Below are positions 49,119-61,548 of a stretch of 64,000 bases of DNA, one piece after another. The translations under genes and the position numbers were made by a program. Position 1 is the first letter of the stretch. Each line of letters starts with the position of its first letter. The notes beneath the pieces are model-generated. The model saw nothing but the letters and a program-made list of their open reading frames with translations. It searched no databases and was not told the origin of the DNA. Source of the DNA: Hormoscilla sp. (GTDB lineage: Bacteria > Cyanobacteriota > Cyanobacteriia > Cyanobacteriales > Desertifilaceae); the NCBI GenBank assembly GCA_051439505.1, contig JBFRWI010000086.1:60116-124115 (forward strand), given 5' to 3'.

Positions 49119-50917
49119 TGCCGACAACAGGCGAAAATGAGGTAGAGGATATGATAACAGGAAAAATTGTGTCGCGGGTAAAGGGCTGGATTGGAGGCTT
49201 AAGTATTGCCGAAAAAATTTGCTATGGCTATTCCCTGGCAATTGGCATTGCCGTGCTAGGCACAACTGCGGGGCTAATGGTCGGAGACTACTACCAAAGA
49301 CAGGCTCAAGAGCAGCTAAGATTGGTACAGAACCAGTATAGTCTGTTAAAGGAATTAGAAAATGGGATTTTGCAGGTGCAATTCCATCCTCAACAGTTGG
49401 CTGCTGTGGTCGGAAATAAGATATGGCTTCAGTACGAAACGAGTAAATTTCTTGCAAATATCAAGAGATTAAAAGCAATTATTCATAGTTTCAATAAATT
49501 CCCGGGAGAGCGAGCTATACCATCAAAAGTAGATGTAAATTTAGTCGAGCAGGTATTGCTTAATTATGTCCAAATCTTGGACTCATATACTCAGTTAATG
49601 AGAAAAATTTGGCATGAATTAGAGCCAGAACAATTGTCAACAGAAGATATTCCAGTGGCAAAGCAATGGGTGTTAGCCACTAACGCCAGAAAAGAGGCAA
49701 TTGAGATTCGCATTCAGTTTGAAAAGCTCTCAGAAAGCTTAAACAAGCTGATAAATGCGGCGGAAAAACAACAGACAGCAGCTAATGCACAACTGCTGCA
49801 TGCGGAAGCCTTACGGATGCAAATTATTATTGGCAGTATGGTCCTATCGGTGGCGATCGCCTCCTGCTTGGCTTTCTATACCAGTCGGGCGATCGCGCGA
49901 CCCCTAAAACTGGTGACACAGGTTGCTCAGCGGGTGACAGCAGAATCTAATTTTGACCTGCAAGCGCAAGTCAGCACTACCGATGAAGTCGGGTTGTTAG
50001 CGAAATCTCTCAATCAGCTAATACAATGGGTAGGAGAGTACACCGCCGAACTCACACAAGTATTGCAAGACCTGCAACAAACCCAGGCGCAACTGATTCA
50101 AACGGAAAAAATGTCCAGTCTCGGACAGATGGTGGCGGGGATAGCCCATGAGATTAACAACCCAGTCAACTTTATTCATGGTAACATCACCCATGTTCGG
50201 CAATATACACAAGATATATTTGATTTACTAACTCTTTATCAAGAGCTGTATCCAGAGTTCCCGGCGGAAATCGAAGATTTAATTGCCGATATCGAGCTGG
50301 ATTATATCATGGATGATTTGCCCAAGATGATTGCTTCCATGCATATGGGGACTGAGCGGATTAAGAATATTGTCCTCTCCCTACGGAATTTTTCTCGCCT
50401 GGATGAAGCGGAGGTGAAAGCAGCCGACCTCCATGAAGGAATTGATAACACGCTGTTAATTCTCAATCATCGGCTCAAAGAGGGAATTGAAATTATCAAA
50501 AACTATGGAGATTTACCTTTGGTGCATTGTTATCCCGCTCAATTAAATCAGGCGTTTATGAATATCATAGCTAATGCTATTGATGCTATGCTAGAATCTG
50601 AGATCAAACCCAAACAGATTGTGATTCAAACGGAAAAGGTCGCCGAAAATCGAGTAATGGTGAAAATTAGGGATAATGGTCCGGGAATGCCGCAGTCAGT
50701 TATAGATAAGATTTTTGACCCGTTTTTTACAACGAAGCCGGTGGGAAAAGGGACGGGTTTGGGTCTCTCGATTTCTTACCAGATTATTGAAAAGCACAGG
50801 GGTAAAATGGAAGTAATTTCCCAACCGGGCAAAGGAACATCCTTCGCGATCGCTCTGCCGCTCCATACTGAAGCAAGTCCCGCAGGTGACAAGAAAAGGC
50901 AAGATGCGATATCCTGA
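49118..50917 (+). CDS. Membrane sensor histidine kinase (helical periplasmic domain, HAMP)
   Basis: Two TM helices, HAMP ([11 protein letters not shown]), [28 protein letters not shown]. Confidence 0.92.
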   Translation: MPTTGENEVEDMITGKIVSRVKGWIGGLSIAEKICYGYSLAIGIAVLGTTAGLMVGDYYQRQAQEQLRLVQNQYSLLKELENGILQVQFHPQQLAAVVGNKIWLQYETSKFLANIKRLKAIIHSFNKFPGERAIPSKVDVNLVEQVLLNYVQILDSYTQLMRKIWHELEPEQLSTEDIPVAKQWVLATNARKEAIEIRIQFEKLSESLNKLINAAEKQQTAANAQLLHAEALRMQIIIGSMVLSVAIASCLAFYTSRAIARPLKLVTQVAQRVTAESNFDLQAQVSTTDEVGLLAKSLNQLIQWVGEYTAELTQVLQDLQQTQAQLIQTEKMSSLGQMVAGIAHEINNPVNFIHGNITHVRQYTQDIFDLLTLYQELYPEFPAEIEDLIADIELDYIMDDLPKMIASMHMGTERIKNIVLSLRNFSRLDEAEVKAADLHEGIDNTLLILNHRLKEGIEIIKNYGDLPLVHCYPAQLNQAFMNIIANAIDAMLESEIKPKQIVIQTEKVAENRVMVKIRDNGPGMPQSVIDKIFDPFFTTKPVGKGTGLGLSISYQIIEKHRGKMEVISQPGKGTSFAIALPLHTEASPAGDKKRQDAIS

Positions 50918-50968
50918 GAAGAGTCCCGATGAACTACAGTAAGGTTGTCAGCAAGAGCATGTGATATT

Positions 50969-52849
50969 ATGAAGCACCGCAATCGACTGGGATTATTAAT
51001 CTTAAACATGACCACTGTCTCGCTGGTGGCCCTGGCAGTTGCTGGAATTGGCATCTTTATCCTGTACCGCACGGCCTTAGAACAACAACGAGCTAGACTG
51101 GTGGAAACTGCCCAAAGTAGGGCCCGTTTAATAGAAGCGATTTGGCGCCGGGAATCAGACGCGATCGCCAGCAGCAACAGGAACGAAAACAGCACATTAA
51201 ATATACTCGTGGATGCACACCAGAATTTTCAGGGGTTTGCTGAGACTGGTGAGTTCACTCTGGGCAAGCGCCAAGGCCAGAACATAGTTTTTCTCCTCCG
51301 TCATCGACACTCCGACCTAGACCAACCCCAGCCAGTTCCCTGGTCCGAAAAGCTGGCGGAACCGATGCGACAGGCCCTTTCGGGTAAGTCCGGAACAATC
51401 ATTGCTTTCGATTATCGGGGCGCAACTGTGCTAGCGGCCCACGAACCTGTAGCTGGTTTGAACTGGGGTATAGTTGCCAAAATCGACCTAGAGGAGATTC
51501 AAGGGCCGTTTATCAGAGCAGGAGTTTATATCCTCGTTGCGGCGATCGCGGTCGATCTGTTGGGGATATTAGTGTTTTTGAAGATTGGGAACCCCCTGAT
51601 TAGAAGATTGGAAGAAAGCGAGGCTCAAAACCGAGCTATCTTAGAGACGGCTGCTGAGGGGATTATTACTATTAGCGATCGCCACTCGATCGAGTCTTTC
51701 AACACTGCCGCCGAGCAAATCTTCCGCTGCACTGCTACTCAGGCCATCGGGCAGCAGATTGAAATGTTCATCCCTTCCCTGGATCGGGATTCATTGTACA
51801 GTATGGGATTTTCCGGTCGTGAAATGAACGGACGGCGGCAGGATGATGGCACTACTTTTCCTCTGGAACTGGCTTTATCTATTGTCAAGCAAAGCAAGCA
51901 GCGGATATTCACCCTCATCCTGCGGGATATCACCGATCGGAAGCAGGCAGAGGAGGCTTTGCGACGATCGGAAGCAGAACTCAGAGCCAAAGCTACTGAA
52001 CTAGAACGGGCTTTGCAGGAGTTACAAACAACCCCGCAACTAATTCAAACCGAAAAAATGTCCAGTCTCGGAAAGATGGTGGCGGGGATCGCCCATGAGA
52101 TTAACAACCCAGTCAACTTTATTCATGGTAACATTATCCATGTTAAGCAATATACACGAGATATCTTGGATGTACTAAATCTTTATCAAGAGCTGTATCC
52201 AGAGTCACCGGCGGAAATCGAAGATTTAATTGCCGATATCGAACTGGATTATATCATGGATGATTTGCCCAAGATGATTGCTTCCATGGAGATGGGGACT
52301 GACCGAATTAATAATATTGTGCGATCGCTACGGAATTTTTCTCGCCTGGATGAAGCGGAGGTGAAAGCAGCAGACCTCCATGAAGGAATTGATAACACGC
52401 TGTTAATTCTCAATCATCGGCTCAAAGGGGAGGTGGAAATTATCAAAAGCTATGGAGATTTACCTTTGGTGCAGTGTTATCCAGCTCAATTAAATCAGGT
52501 GTTTATGAATATCATCGCCAATGCTATTGATGCGATGCTAGAGTCGGATAGCCAACCAAAACAGGTTGTGATTCAAACGGAACAGGTCGCCGAAAATCGA
52601 GTAATGGTGAAAATTAGGGATAATGGTCCCGGGATACCGCCGGAAATTAAAGATAAGATTTTTGACCCGTTTTTTACGACGAAGCCGGTGGGCAAAGGGA
52701 CGGGTTTGGGTCTCTCGATTTCTTACCAGATTGTTAAAAAGCACAGGGGGAAAATGGAAGTAATTTCCCAACCGGGCAAAGGAACATCCTTCGCGATCGC
52801 TCTCCCGATCCATGCAGAAGCAAGTCCCCCAGGTGACCACAAAAGGTAA
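50969..52849 (+). CDS. Membrane sensor histidine kinase (Cache-like domain, PAS)
   Basis: TM-'[18 protein letters not shown]'-TM, PAS ([16 protein letters not shown]), AHEINNP core. Confidence 0.9.
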   Translation: MKHRNRLGLLILNMTTVSLVALAVAGIGIFILYRTALEQQRARLVETAQSRARLIEAIWRRESDAIASSNRNENSTLNILVDAHQNFQGFAETGEFTLGKRQGQNIVFLLRHRHSDLDQPQPVPWSEKLAEPMRQALSGKSGTIIAFDYRGATVLAAHEPVAGLNWGIVAKIDLEEIQGPFIRAGVYILVAAIAVDLLGILVFLKIGNPLIRRLEESEAQNRAILETAAEGIITISDRHSIESFNTAAEQIFRCTATQAIGQQIEMFIPSLDRDSLYSMGFSGREMNGRRQDDGTTFPLELALSIVKQSKQRIFTLILRDITDRKQAEEALRRSEAELRAKATELERALQELQTTPQLIQTEKMSSLGKMVAGIAHEINNPVNFIHGNIIHVKQYTRDILDVLNLYQELYPESPAEIEDLIADIELDYIMDDLPKMIASMEMGTDRINNIVRSLRNFSRLDEAEVKAADLHEGIDNTLLILNHRLKGEVEIIKSYGDLPLVQCYPAQLNQVFMNIIANAIDAMLESDSQPKQVVIQTEQVAENRVMVKIRDNGPGIPPEIKDKIFDPFFTTKPVGKGTGLGLSISYQIVKKHRGKMEVISQPGKGTSFAIALPIHAEASPPGDHKR

Positions 52850-53166
52850 GAAGGGATAATTGCGATCGATCCAGATGGTCCGGGTAGCGGGCAAGAACGC
52901 CCCTTTATCCTTGTCCAAAACGTTTCTGTCGGCGATCTGGAAAACTCCGGCAATTTCCTGTGGTAGTTACTATGCCATCCATGCCATCCCGCCGGGGATA
53001 GCGGGTGCATGGGTACAGGAACAGTCGTACAAAACAGCATCTCACCCGCGCAGGGGCGAAGCAAATGGAATTGTACATTTGTAAATTTATGACTTATATT
53101 GTCGCCCAAATGCTTCGCCCGTACATATTATAGACAAGGTAGAGAAGTCCTTACTAAGAACGGGAT

Positions 53167-54975
53167 TTAATTGAACAGCTGGGACAATGGCACTCCTAAC
53201 CACCCAGCAAAGTTTTCTGCCTGAATATCAGTTGGATTCTCCACTGATACTATCTGATAACAGTTGGGTTGTGGTTCTCCCAGGGTCACCAACTCCGTGC
53301 GCAATCGCTCTTCATGGAAAAAGCTCAACTTAATGGTATCCCCAGGACTGTAGTCTTTCAAGCGATCGCTCAACTCTTCTGCCTTTACCCGAATGCCATC
53401 AATAGCTAGCAGTTCGTCACCATTATCGATCCCCGCCTGCTGTGCTGGGGAACCAGAGGCCACAAATTTGATTAACTCCCGTCCATTTTCGCCTTTTGCT
53501 CTTACACCTAAGTAGGGAAATGACTCGCCCACTTTATCTACACAATTACTTTGTAGCCGCAAGCCAAAAGGTGACAAGTATTGGTCAAAAGGCAATTCCT
53601 CAGTCCCGTCAATGTAGCGCCCCCAGAAATCTCCCAGTTCTACACCCGCAACGGACTCGAACGCCCGCTGCAACTGCCCCTCTGTAAAGCCAATTTCTTT
53701 TTTGCCGAACTCCTGCCACATTTGCTCGATAACATCATCCAGCGATCGCCCATTTCCATGTCGGGCGCGAATCAGCAAATCCAGCAGCAGGGACACCAAT
53801 TCTCCTTTTAAGTAATAAGAAATCTGAGAATTGTCACTATTAGCATGACGTCGATACAACTTAATCCAGGTATCCCAGCTAGACTCGCTCACCGGTTGTA
53901 CCCGACGCCCCGGAGTCGTCTGGAGGCGAGTAATTTCCTGACCCAGTTCCTGCAAAAAAGTCCGCACGTCATAAATTCCCGCCCGCATGGGAAACACCAG
54001 ATCGTAGTAGCTAGTCGTGCCTTCACAAAACCACAAACAAGGCGTGTAATTTTCCCGATCGTAGTCAAATACCTCCAACCCTTGGGGACGGAGACGCTTC
54101 ACATTCCAGAGGTGAAAGAACTCGTGGGCCACCAACTGCATGAACTCCTGATACGAAGTGCGATCGCGGAACCCAAAGCGATTGTAAATCAAAGAGCAGC
54201 CATCCTTATGTTCCAGACCTCCCCGGCCCTGGGATACCAGATGTAGCAGAAACACGTAGCGATCGTAAGGCAATTTCCCAAATAGCTGAGCCTCCACCTG
54301 AATTATGTCCTCGATATCGCGAATTATCTGCTCTGGTTGAGCATTTCCCTCACCCCAGATAGCCAGTTCGTGGGGTTTTCCCAGAACCTCAAAGTGATAG
54401 AGGCGGTGGGTGCCAATTTCAAAGGGACTATCTACCAGAGTATCAAAATCTGCTGCCCAGAAAGTACCAGGTTTTCCCCGCACAGCAGGTAGCAGTGTTG
54501 TCACTTGCCAAGAAGGTTGGGGAGTCAAAATCTTCACCTGCATAGGCGTCTGCTCCCATCCTACTACCCTCAAGAATAAAGCCGCCCCGTTGAAATAGCC
54601 GTGAGTAGCATCCAAGTGATTTGTCCGCACCGTCAATTCCGCAGCAAATATCCGGTAGTGGACCACAATCTCGGAAATTTCCGACGTCTCAATTTGCCAG
54701 TGATTTTTGCTTAACTTGCGCCAACTTAAGGCACTCTCATCACCAGCAGCAGCCACAAACTCCTGTAGATGTCTGGCATATTCCCGCACCAGGTAAGAAC
54801 CGGGAGTCCAGACTGGCATTTTCAGATCTAGTACGGGATCTGACCAACCCGATATCCGCAAAGTCACCTCAAATAGATGAGAACTCGGCTGAGGCATTGC
54901 TACCTGGTAGTTAATTTTTGGTGCCCTGTGCGAAAGGCTGGGTTTGTAGGTCTCAGTCTCAATTGCTTCAGTCAT
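53167..54975 (-). CDS. M61 glycyl aminopeptidase with PDZ domain
   Basis: MPVWTPGSY, GGLEH, AHEFFHLWN, EGTTSYY, YYLKG, PDZ GSPAQQAGI. Confidence 0.93.
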   Translation of the reverse strand: MTEAIETETYKPSLSHRAPKINYQVAMPQPSSHLFEVTLRISGWSDPVLDLKMPVWTPGSYLVREYARHLQEFVAAAGDESALSWRKLSKNHWQIETSEISEIVVHYRIFAAELTVRTNHLDATHGYFNGAALFLRVVGWEQTPMQVKILTPQPSWQVTTLLPAVRGKPGTFWAADFDTLVDSPFEIGTHRLYHFEVLGKPHELAIWGEGNAQPEQIIRDIEDIIQVEAQLFGKLPYDRYVFLLHLVSQGRGGLEHKDGCSLIYNRFGFRDRTSYQEFMQLVAHEFFHLWNVKRLRPQGLEVFDYDRENYTPCLWFCEGTTSYYDLVFPMRAGIYDVRTFLQELGQEITRLQTTPGRRVQPVSESSWDTWIKLYRRHANSDNSQISYYLKGELVSLLLDLLIRARHGNGRSLDDVIEQMWQEFGKKEIGFTEGQLQRAFESVAGVELGDFWGRYIDGTEELPFDQYLSPFGLRLQSNCVDKVGESFPYLGVRAKGENGRELIKFVASGSPAQQAGIDNGDELLAIDGIRVKAEELSDRLKDYSPGDTIKLSFFHEERLRTELVTLGEPQPNCYQIVSVENPTDIQAENFAGWLGVPLSQLFN

Positions 54976-55023
54976 GTTGCTCCCAGTTTGACACTTCTCA
55001 ATTAATTCATCTCAATTGCGCAA

Positions 55024-55707
55024 TTAAACCCGTCCTGCTAGATGAGTCAGTTGTTTCAAATTGATCAGATAAATTACCTGCTGGGCTGGAACAATTTTAA
55101 TCCAACCCTTTTCATGCAGCTTGGCCATTATTTTCTTAGTTTCTTGCTCGCCGATATCCGCCACATTGGCCAGGTCTTTGAAAGGAATGTTATAGATTTC
55201 GGTGCCCTGTTCGGTCGCCTGACCGTAATTTTCTCCCAAGCTAACTAAAGTATTCGCTAGTTTCACCGCTGGGGGCTGGTTGCGCAGTTGAAAGCGGAAA
55301 TTCATCAGGCGCAGGCGTCGTACCATCAGTTGTAGCATCCGGTGGTGCAACTGAGAATCTTTGAATAGGGTTTGGATAAATCGCTGAGCTGAGACGCTCA
55401 GCAAATCCACTGAGGAGAGGGCAATCACATCGGTGGAACGGGGAGATTCATCCAAAATCGCCATTTCGCCAAAAAAGTCACCCTTGCCCAGGATCGCGAG
55501 GGTGATGCCATCTTCTCCAGAGAGGCGTCGGACTTTCACCCAGCCCGAAACAATGAAGAACACGGCGTTGCCCCAGGCATCTTCCATCAAAACGGCTCTG
55601 GAAGGTGGATAATCATGCTCTTGGGCAATAGACAACAGCCATTCCAAGGTTTCTGGACTGGCGGCATTAAACAGCGGAAAAAGCTCACTAAACTCTTCAG
55701 TCTGCAT
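55024..55707 (-). CDS. Crp/Fnr family transcriptional regulator
   Basis: cNMP domain FFGEMAILDESPRS plus C-terminal HTH. Start placed at MQTEEF. Confidence 0.88.
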   Translation of the reverse strand: MQTEEFSELFPLFNAASPETLEWLLSIAQEHDYPPSRAVLMEDAWGNAVFFIVSGWVKVRRLSGEDGITLAILGKGDFFGEMAILDESPRSTDVIALSSVDLLSVSAQRFIQTLFKDSQLHHRMLQLMVRRLRLMNFRFQLRNQPPAVKLANTLVSLGENYGQATEQGTEIYNIPFKDLANVADIGEQETKKIMAKLHEKGWIKIVPAQQVIYLINLKQLTHLAGRV

Positions 55708-56348
55708 GAGGTGGTTTTGGCAATAGGGAGATTGACAGCATTTCGGATCTGGAGCTTGCGGGCACCTCGGGGATCCCCAACAAGCATCTATCCCTATATG
55801 ATGACAGGGACGGTAGACTTGCGGGGAGGTCTCCTCTCTATCAATTTTGGACTCATGACCGGACTGCATGGGACATGGCTAGCACGATCGGGAACCCCTC
55901 CTCGCAGCGGAGGAGGCCCGGAGCGGGAGCGTGCAGTGCGCGATTGCGCTGCGCGCACCGGGCTACTGGTCCTACGCGATCGGGGGCTGATATCCGGTCA
56001 TCGCCGGCGGTAGATGAAAAAATATTCACATTGGGGCGCCCTCGGGGTTGTTTGGAGCAAAATCCAGCTCTGCTGGGGGTCTTAGCTTAATCCCCAGTAG
56101 GGAAAACCGATGGAGACCCCCGAAGCGAGGTCGAATTATTGTATAGTAATGTTGACCGGATGAAAATTTGCGCTAAGATGATTATTGATGTCGCCGCTAG
56201 GTTGCCGGTGGTCGGAATTAGTGGAGTAAAAGCCACAGGTGCGGTAAAACTATCAGCAGTGACGTCAAGTATGGTCATCGGCGCGATCGTCCGATAGCCT
56301 CCCGGCCCCAGGCTGGGAAAAATACATCGTCCACCGATAGATTACCAC

Positions 56349-57689
56349 ATGGGCAACAAGCCAACAATTGCGCTTTCTCACTTGGGATGCGAAAAAAATC
56401 GCATAGATACCGAACATATGCTGGGCCTCTTGGCACAAGCAGGATATCAGGTAGACTCGAATGAAGAGTTAGCAGATTATGTTATAGTCAATACCTGTAG
56501 CTTTATCGAAGCAGCACGGGCAGAATCAGTACGTACCCTGGTAGAACTGGCAGAAGCAAAGAAAAAAATAGTGGTGACGGGCTGCATGGCCCAACACTTC
56601 CAAGGGGAGTTGCTAGCAGAACTGCCAGAGGCAGTAGCTGTAGTCGGGACGGGAGATTATAACAAAATTGTAGACGTGATTCAACGGGTAGAAACTGGTG
56701 AGCGCGTACAGGAAATATCCGCAGAACCGACTTATATAGCTGATGAAACTACGCCCCGCTACCGGACAACAACGGAGGCGGTAGCCTACCTGCGCATAGC
56801 AGAAGGCTGTGACTATCGCTGTGCTTTCTGCATTATTCCTCATTTACGCGGTCGGATGCGATCGCGCCCCATAGAATCGATTGTGGCAGAGGCGCAGCAG
56901 TTGGCAGCGGAAGGGGTCCGGGAAATAATTTTGATATCGCAGATAACAACAGCTTACGGCATAGATATATACGGCGAGGCAAAATTGGCAGAACTGCTGC
57001 GGGCTTTGGGGAAGGTGGAGATCCCCTGGATCAGAATGCACTATGCTTATCCGACAGGTCTGACCGCCCCAGTCATAGCGGCAATTAAAGAAACGGATAA
57101 TGTGCTGCCCTACCTGGATTTACCTTTACAACATTCCCATCCAGAAATCCTCCGGGCTATGAACCGCCCCTGGCAAGGGCGGGTGAATGACGAGATTATT
57201 GACAAAATCAAGGCAGCAATGCCTGCTGCGGTGTGGCGAACGACTTTGATCGTCGGGTTTCCCGGGGAGACGGAGTCCCATTTTGCCCATCTTTATGAGT
57301 TTGTGCAGCGTCATGAATTCGATCATGTCGGAGTGTTTACCTTTTCTCCAGAAGAGGGAACTCCCGCCTATAATTTGCCCAAGCAACTACCAGAGGAGGT
57401 AAAGGAAGAACGACGTTCCTTGTTGATGGCTTTGCAACAACCAATATCCCTGAAGAAAAATCAAGGGGAAGTGGGCAAGGTAGTTGACGTGCTCGTAGAA
57501 CAAGAAGATCCTGCCACAGGAGAGTATATCGGTCGATCGGCCCGGTTTTCACCAGAGGTGGATGGGTTGGTTTACGTCCGGGGACAGGCCAGGTTGTCAG
57601 GAATATGCAGCGTGCAAATCACGGGGGCAGATGTTTATGACCTCTACGGTCAAATAGTTGGTCATTCCTCAGCAGGTCAGGATGGGTGA
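56349..57689 (+). CDS. rimO: Ribosomal protein S12 methylthiotransferase
   Basis: LGCEKN, NTCSFI, radical [15 protein letters not shown] domain. Confidence 0.95.
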   Translation: MGNKPTIALSHLGCEKNRIDTEHMLGLLAQAGYQVDSNEELADYVIVNTCSFIEAARAESVRTLVELAEAKKKIVVTGCMAQHFQGELLAELPEAVAVVGTGDYNKIVDVIQRVETGERVQEISAEPTYIADETTPRYRTTTEAVAYLRIAEGCDYRCAFCIIPHLRGRMRSRPIESIVAEAQQLAAEGVREIILISQITTAYGIDIYGEAKLAELLRALGKVEIPWIRMHYAYPTGLTAPVIAAIKETDNVLPYLDLPLQHSHPEILRAMNRPWQGRVNDEIIDKIKAAMPAAVWRTTLIVGFPGETESHFAHLYEFVQRHEFDHVGVFTFSPEEGTPAYNLPKQLPEEVKEERRSLLMALQQPISLKKNQGEVGKVVDVLVEQEDPATGEYIGRSARFSPEVDGLVYVRGQARLSGICSVQITGADVYDLYGQIVGHSSAGQDG

Positions 57690-57734
57690 CTTGGGAGAAA
57701 AATGACAATTGTATGATAGTTTGAAGGAGAATTA

Positions 57735-59129
57735 ATGACTCTATCATTTCAAAGTTTAGGAATTTCAGAAGCTCGTACTAAACATCTAGAAAAAGAAGGT
57801 TTTACAGAGCCGACAGAGATTCAAGCTCAAGCAATACCGCACCTGCTGTCAGGTCGGGATGTAGTAGGCCAAGCCCAAACGGGAACTGGGAAAACGGCAG
57901 CTTTTGCCCTCCCGATTATAGAAGGGATCGATATAAAAACATCAGCACCTCAAGCTCTGATTTTGACTCCAACTCGGGAATTGGCGATCCAGGTTTGCCA
58001 AGCGGTTAGGAATATCACGGGTGACAGGCGGGTGCGAGTGCTGGCAATCTACGGCGGTCAATCGATCGAGCGCCAGATAGATCGCTTGGAAAGGGGTACA
58101 CAGATTGTGGTGGGAACCCCCGGACGAGTGATGGATTTGCTCGATCGGGGCTTCCTGAAGCTGGAGTCGGTCAACTGGGTGGTGTTGGATGAAGCGGATG
58201 AAATGCTGAATATGGGCTTTATTCAGGATGTGGAAACAATCCTGAAACAGGCCCCAGTAGAACGACAAACGGCTTGTTTCTCGGCGACGATGCCCTATTC
58301 AATTCGGGAGTTGGTGACTAAGTTTTTGCGATCGCCCGTGACGGTGACGATCAAGCAACCGAAAGCGGCACCCAACCGGATCAATCAAGTAGCCTATACG
58401 GTGCCGCGCGGGTGGACAAAAGCCCGGGCGTTGCAGCCGATCTTGGAAATAGAAGATCCAGAATCAGCCCTGATATTTGTCCGTACCCGTCGTCAAGCGG
58501 CAGAACTGACGGGCCAACTGCAAGCTGCTGGTCATAATGTGGATGAGTACCACGGAGACCTGAGCCAATCTCAACGGGAACGGCTGATGCTGCGGTTTCG
58601 CCACCGGCAGGTGCGGATGGTGGTGGCTACGGATATCGCGGCCCGGGGGTTACATGTGGATGACCTGACTCACGTGATTAACTACGACCTGCCCGATAGC
58701 GTGGAAAGCTATGTTCACCGTATTGGTCGTACTGGTCGGGCGGGCAAAGAAGGCCGGGCGATTTCTCTGATTCAACCATTTGACCGGCGGAAGCTCTATC
58801 AAATTGAACGGCACGTGCGCCAAAGGCTAGAAATAACGAAGGTGCCGACCCGTTCTCAAATCGAGGCCCGGCATCTGGAAAAACTGCAAAAGGAAGTGCT
58901 GGAAGCTCTCACGGGTGAGCGGATGGCTTCTTTCTTGCCGATTGTGGCGAAAATGTCTGAGGAAGGGTACGATCCTCATGCGATCGCGGCTGCGACTCTG
59001 CAAATGGCCTACGACAAAACCCGTCCGGCCTGGATGCAATCGGATTATCACGATGATGATATCCCAGCAGGGACTCCCAAGCCGAAGCTGGTTAAGCGTC
59101 AGAAGACATCGGCATCTTCCCGGAGTTAG
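57735..59129 (+). CDS. crhR: DEAD-box RNA helicase CrhR
   Basis: AQTGTGKT, PTRELA, DEAD, SAT, HRIGRTGR; follows rimO as in Synechocystis. Confidence 0.88.
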   Translation: MTLSFQSLGISEARTKHLEKEGFTEPTEIQAQAIPHLLSGRDVVGQAQTGTGKTAAFALPIIEGIDIKTSAPQALILTPTRELAIQVCQAVRNITGDRRVRVLAIYGGQSIERQIDRLERGTQIVVGTPGRVMDLLDRGFLKLESVNWVVLDEADEMLNMGFIQDVETILKQAPVERQTACFSATMPYSIRELVTKFLRSPVTVTIKQPKAAPNRINQVAYTVPRGWTKARALQPILEIEDPESALIFVRTRRQAAELTGQLQAAGHNVDEYHGDLSQSQRERLMLRFRHRQVRMVVATDIAARGLHVDDLTHVINYDLPDSVESYVHRIGRTGRAGKEGRAISLIQPFDRRKLYQIERHVRQRLEITKVPTRSQIEARHLEKLQKEVLEALTGERMASFLPIVAKMSEEGYDPHAIAAATLQMAYDKTRPAWMQSDYHDDDIPAGTPKPKLVKRQKTSASSRS

Positions 59130-59219
59130 GGTCAGTGGTCAGTGGTTAGTGGTTAGTGGTTAGACAACTGACGAAGGTGGGCAGTGCCCACCCTACCAAC
59201 TGACAACTGACAGTGGAAC

Positions 59220-59666
59220 GTGAAAAAACTTCCTTGGCCATCTCTGGCCATCCTCCTAGTTACATATACGACTTTTGGCTGTACTTTGCCATCTGTGAAG
59301 CTCTCGGAGATGGTTGAGTACCCTGGTAATTTTTCTCAGCTAGCTTGGGCGTTGGCAGCAGTATTAGCTTTGCTGCTGTCGGCGGCGCTGACGGTACCGT
59401 TGCGCAAGACTAAGCAATGGCTGCTCCGTTGCTTGAAGACGGATGTGGGGATGTTTACTGGCGTGATTACGATCGCCTTTTTCGCGGCTTTAATTCTGTC
59501 AAGAATACACCTGTTTGGCAGTCCGATGGTACTGATTTTAGCTGGAGCATTAGCAAGATTGGACATGCAAACGGCTGGTTTTAGCGAACGACAAGCTTTT
59601 TGGATTTTGACAGTCGCTTCTTTGGCTGGTTTGGTGCTAGGTTGGATAGTAAATCATTTAATGTAG
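59220..59666 (+). CDS. Conserved hypothetical membrane protein
   Basis: Multiple TM helices; LARLDMQTAG motif. Confidence 0.7.
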   Translation: MKKLPWPSLAILLVTYTTFGCTLPSVKLSEMVEYPGNFSQLAWALAAVLALLLSAALTVPLRKTKQWLLRCLKTDVGMFTGVITIAFFAALILSRIHLFGSPMVLILAGALARLDMQTAGFSERQAFWILTVASLAGLVLGWIVNHLM

Positions 59667-59794
59667 AACAATAGGATATTGTCAGCCCGGTTTTCGCCGA
59701 AAACCGGGTTTATTAATGGATTTTCAAGGTAATTATTTAACCGGATTTGATTAGTGAGAACTGATAAAGGTTGAAGGAAGAACTAAGAACTACT

Positions 59795-61417
59795 ATGTCT
59801 ACGGAACTGGAAACAGAATTACAAACGGAAGTCGATCGCAGGCGCAATTTTGCGATTATTTCTCACCCGGACGCGGGGAAAACGACTCTGACAGAAAAGC
59901 TGCTACTCTATGGAGGTGCGATACATGAGGCGGGGGCGGTGAAGGCGAGGGCCCAACAGCGTCGCGCTACTTCTGACTGGATGGCGATGGAACAACAACG
60001 GGGTATTTCGATCACTTCCACAGTATTGCAGTTTGCTTATCTTGGCCGTCAGATTAATCTGCTGGATACTCCCGGTCACCAGGATTTTAGTGAAGATACT
60101 TATCGGACTCTGGCGGCGGCGGATAATGCGGTGATGCTGGAGGATGCTGCTAAGGGTTTGGAACCTCAAACTCGCAAGCTGTTTGAAGTTTGTCGCATGC
60201 GTAAAATCCCGATTTTTACTTTCTTTAATAAGCTCGATCGCCCGACTCGCGAACCCCTGGAACTTCTGGATGAAATAGAACAGGAATTGGAATTGCAAAC
60301 TTACCCGGTGAATTGGCCGATCGGGACGGGCGATCGCTTCAAGGGGGTGTTCGATCGCCGTCTAAAGCAAATTCACTTGTTTGAGCGCAACCCTCGCGGT
60401 AAGCGGGAAGCTAAAGATACGGTCATTAATTTGGGGGATCCGCGCATTGAGGAATTGCTAGAGCAAGACCTATATTACCAACTGAAAGAGGATTTAGAAC
60501 TCTTAGAAGGGTTGGGGGCCGAATTTGACTTGGAGGCGATCCATGCAGGTCAAATGACTCCGGTTTTCTGGGGTAGCGCTATGACTAATTTTGGGGTCCA
60601 GCTTTTCCTGGATGCTTTCCTGGAATATGCTCTCAAACCGGGCGATCGCAAGAGTAGCGCGGGGATGATGGCACCCAGTTATCCCGAGTTTACGGGTTTT
60701 GTGTTTAAGCTGCAAGCGAATATGGACCCGAAACATCGCGATCGGGTAGCGTTTGTGCGGGTTTGTACGGGCAAGTTTGAGAAGGACATGACGGTAAATC
60801 ATGCCCGCACTGGCAAAACCGTGCGTCTCTCGCGACCTCAGAAATTGTTTGCCCAGGACCGGGAATCTGTAGAAATAGCTTATCCCGGGGATGTGATCGG
60901 TTTGAATAATCCGGGGGTGTTTGCCATTGGGGACAGTATCTACACCGGGAAGAAGCTAGAATACGAAGGGATTCCCTGTTTTTCTCCGGAACTGTTTGCT
61001 TACTTAAAAAATCCCAATCCTTCTAAGTTCAAGCAATTTCACAAAGGTGTTGCCGAATTGCGGGAAGAAGGGGCGGTACAAATCATGTATTCAGCGGATG
61101 AATCTAAGCGCGACCCCATTCTGGCGGCGGTGGGACAATTACAATTTGAGGTGGTGCAGTTCCGGATGCAGAGCGAGTATGGGGTGGAAACTTTGCTGGA
61201 TATTTTACCCTATTCCGTTGCTCGTTGGGTTGTTGGTGGTTGGGATGCTTTAGAAAAGGTCGGACGTTTGTTTAATACTGTTACGGTAAAAGATAACTGG
61301 GGACGCCCGGTATTGTTGTTTAAGAATAAGTGGAATTTGCAACAGATCCAAGCAGATCATAAGGATTTGCAACTGAATGCGATCGCCCCTGTGGTTTCCG
61401 GTCAGGAACCGACATAG
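59795..61417 (+). CDS. prfC: Peptide chain release factor 3
   Basis: [49 protein letters not shown]. Confidence 0.97.
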   Translation: MSTELETELQTEVDRRRNFAIISHPDAGKTTLTEKLLLYGGAIHEAGAVKARAQQRRATSDWMAMEQQRGISITSTVLQFAYLGRQINLLDTPGHQDFSEDTYRTLAAADNAVMLEDAAKGLEPQTRKLFEVCRMRKIPIFTFFNKLDRPTREPLELLDEIEQELELQTYPVNWPIGTGDRFKGVFDRRLKQIHLFERNPRGKREAKDTVINLGDPRIEELLEQDLYYQLKEDLELLEGLGAEFDLEAIHAGQMTPVFWGSAMTNFGVQLFLDAFLEYALKPGDRKSSAGMMAPSYPEFTGFVFKLQANMDPKHRDRVAFVRVCTGKFEKDMTVNHARTGKTVRLSRPQKLFAQDRESVEIAYPGDVIGLNNPGVFAIGDSIYTGKKLEYEGIPCFSPELFAYLKNPNPSKFKQFHKGVAELREEGAVQIMYSADESKRDPILAAVGQLQFEVVQFRMQSEYGVETLLDILPYSVARWVVGGWDALEKVGRLFNTVTVKDNWGRPVLLFKNKWNLQQIQADHKDLQLNAIAPVVSGQEPT

Positions 61418-61548
61418 AAGCTACCACGAACCCTAAAGGGTCCGGCTACAAGAACAAAGCCCGCCTGCGCGGGCTGAATTGCATTCTTGATATTCTTGAT
61501 ATACACCCGCAACAACGAACCAAAAAAGAAACCAAACAATTGTCAAAT

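Noticed and set aside
52860..53084. 74-aa ORF after the second kinase
   Set aside because: Runs into a REP-like repeat; a different frame gives the more convincing RTX-tail remnant.
55860..56340. Short ORFs and GC-rich palindromes between crp and rimO
   Set aside because: No recognisable protein or RNA motif; likely a divergent promoter region with repeat debris.
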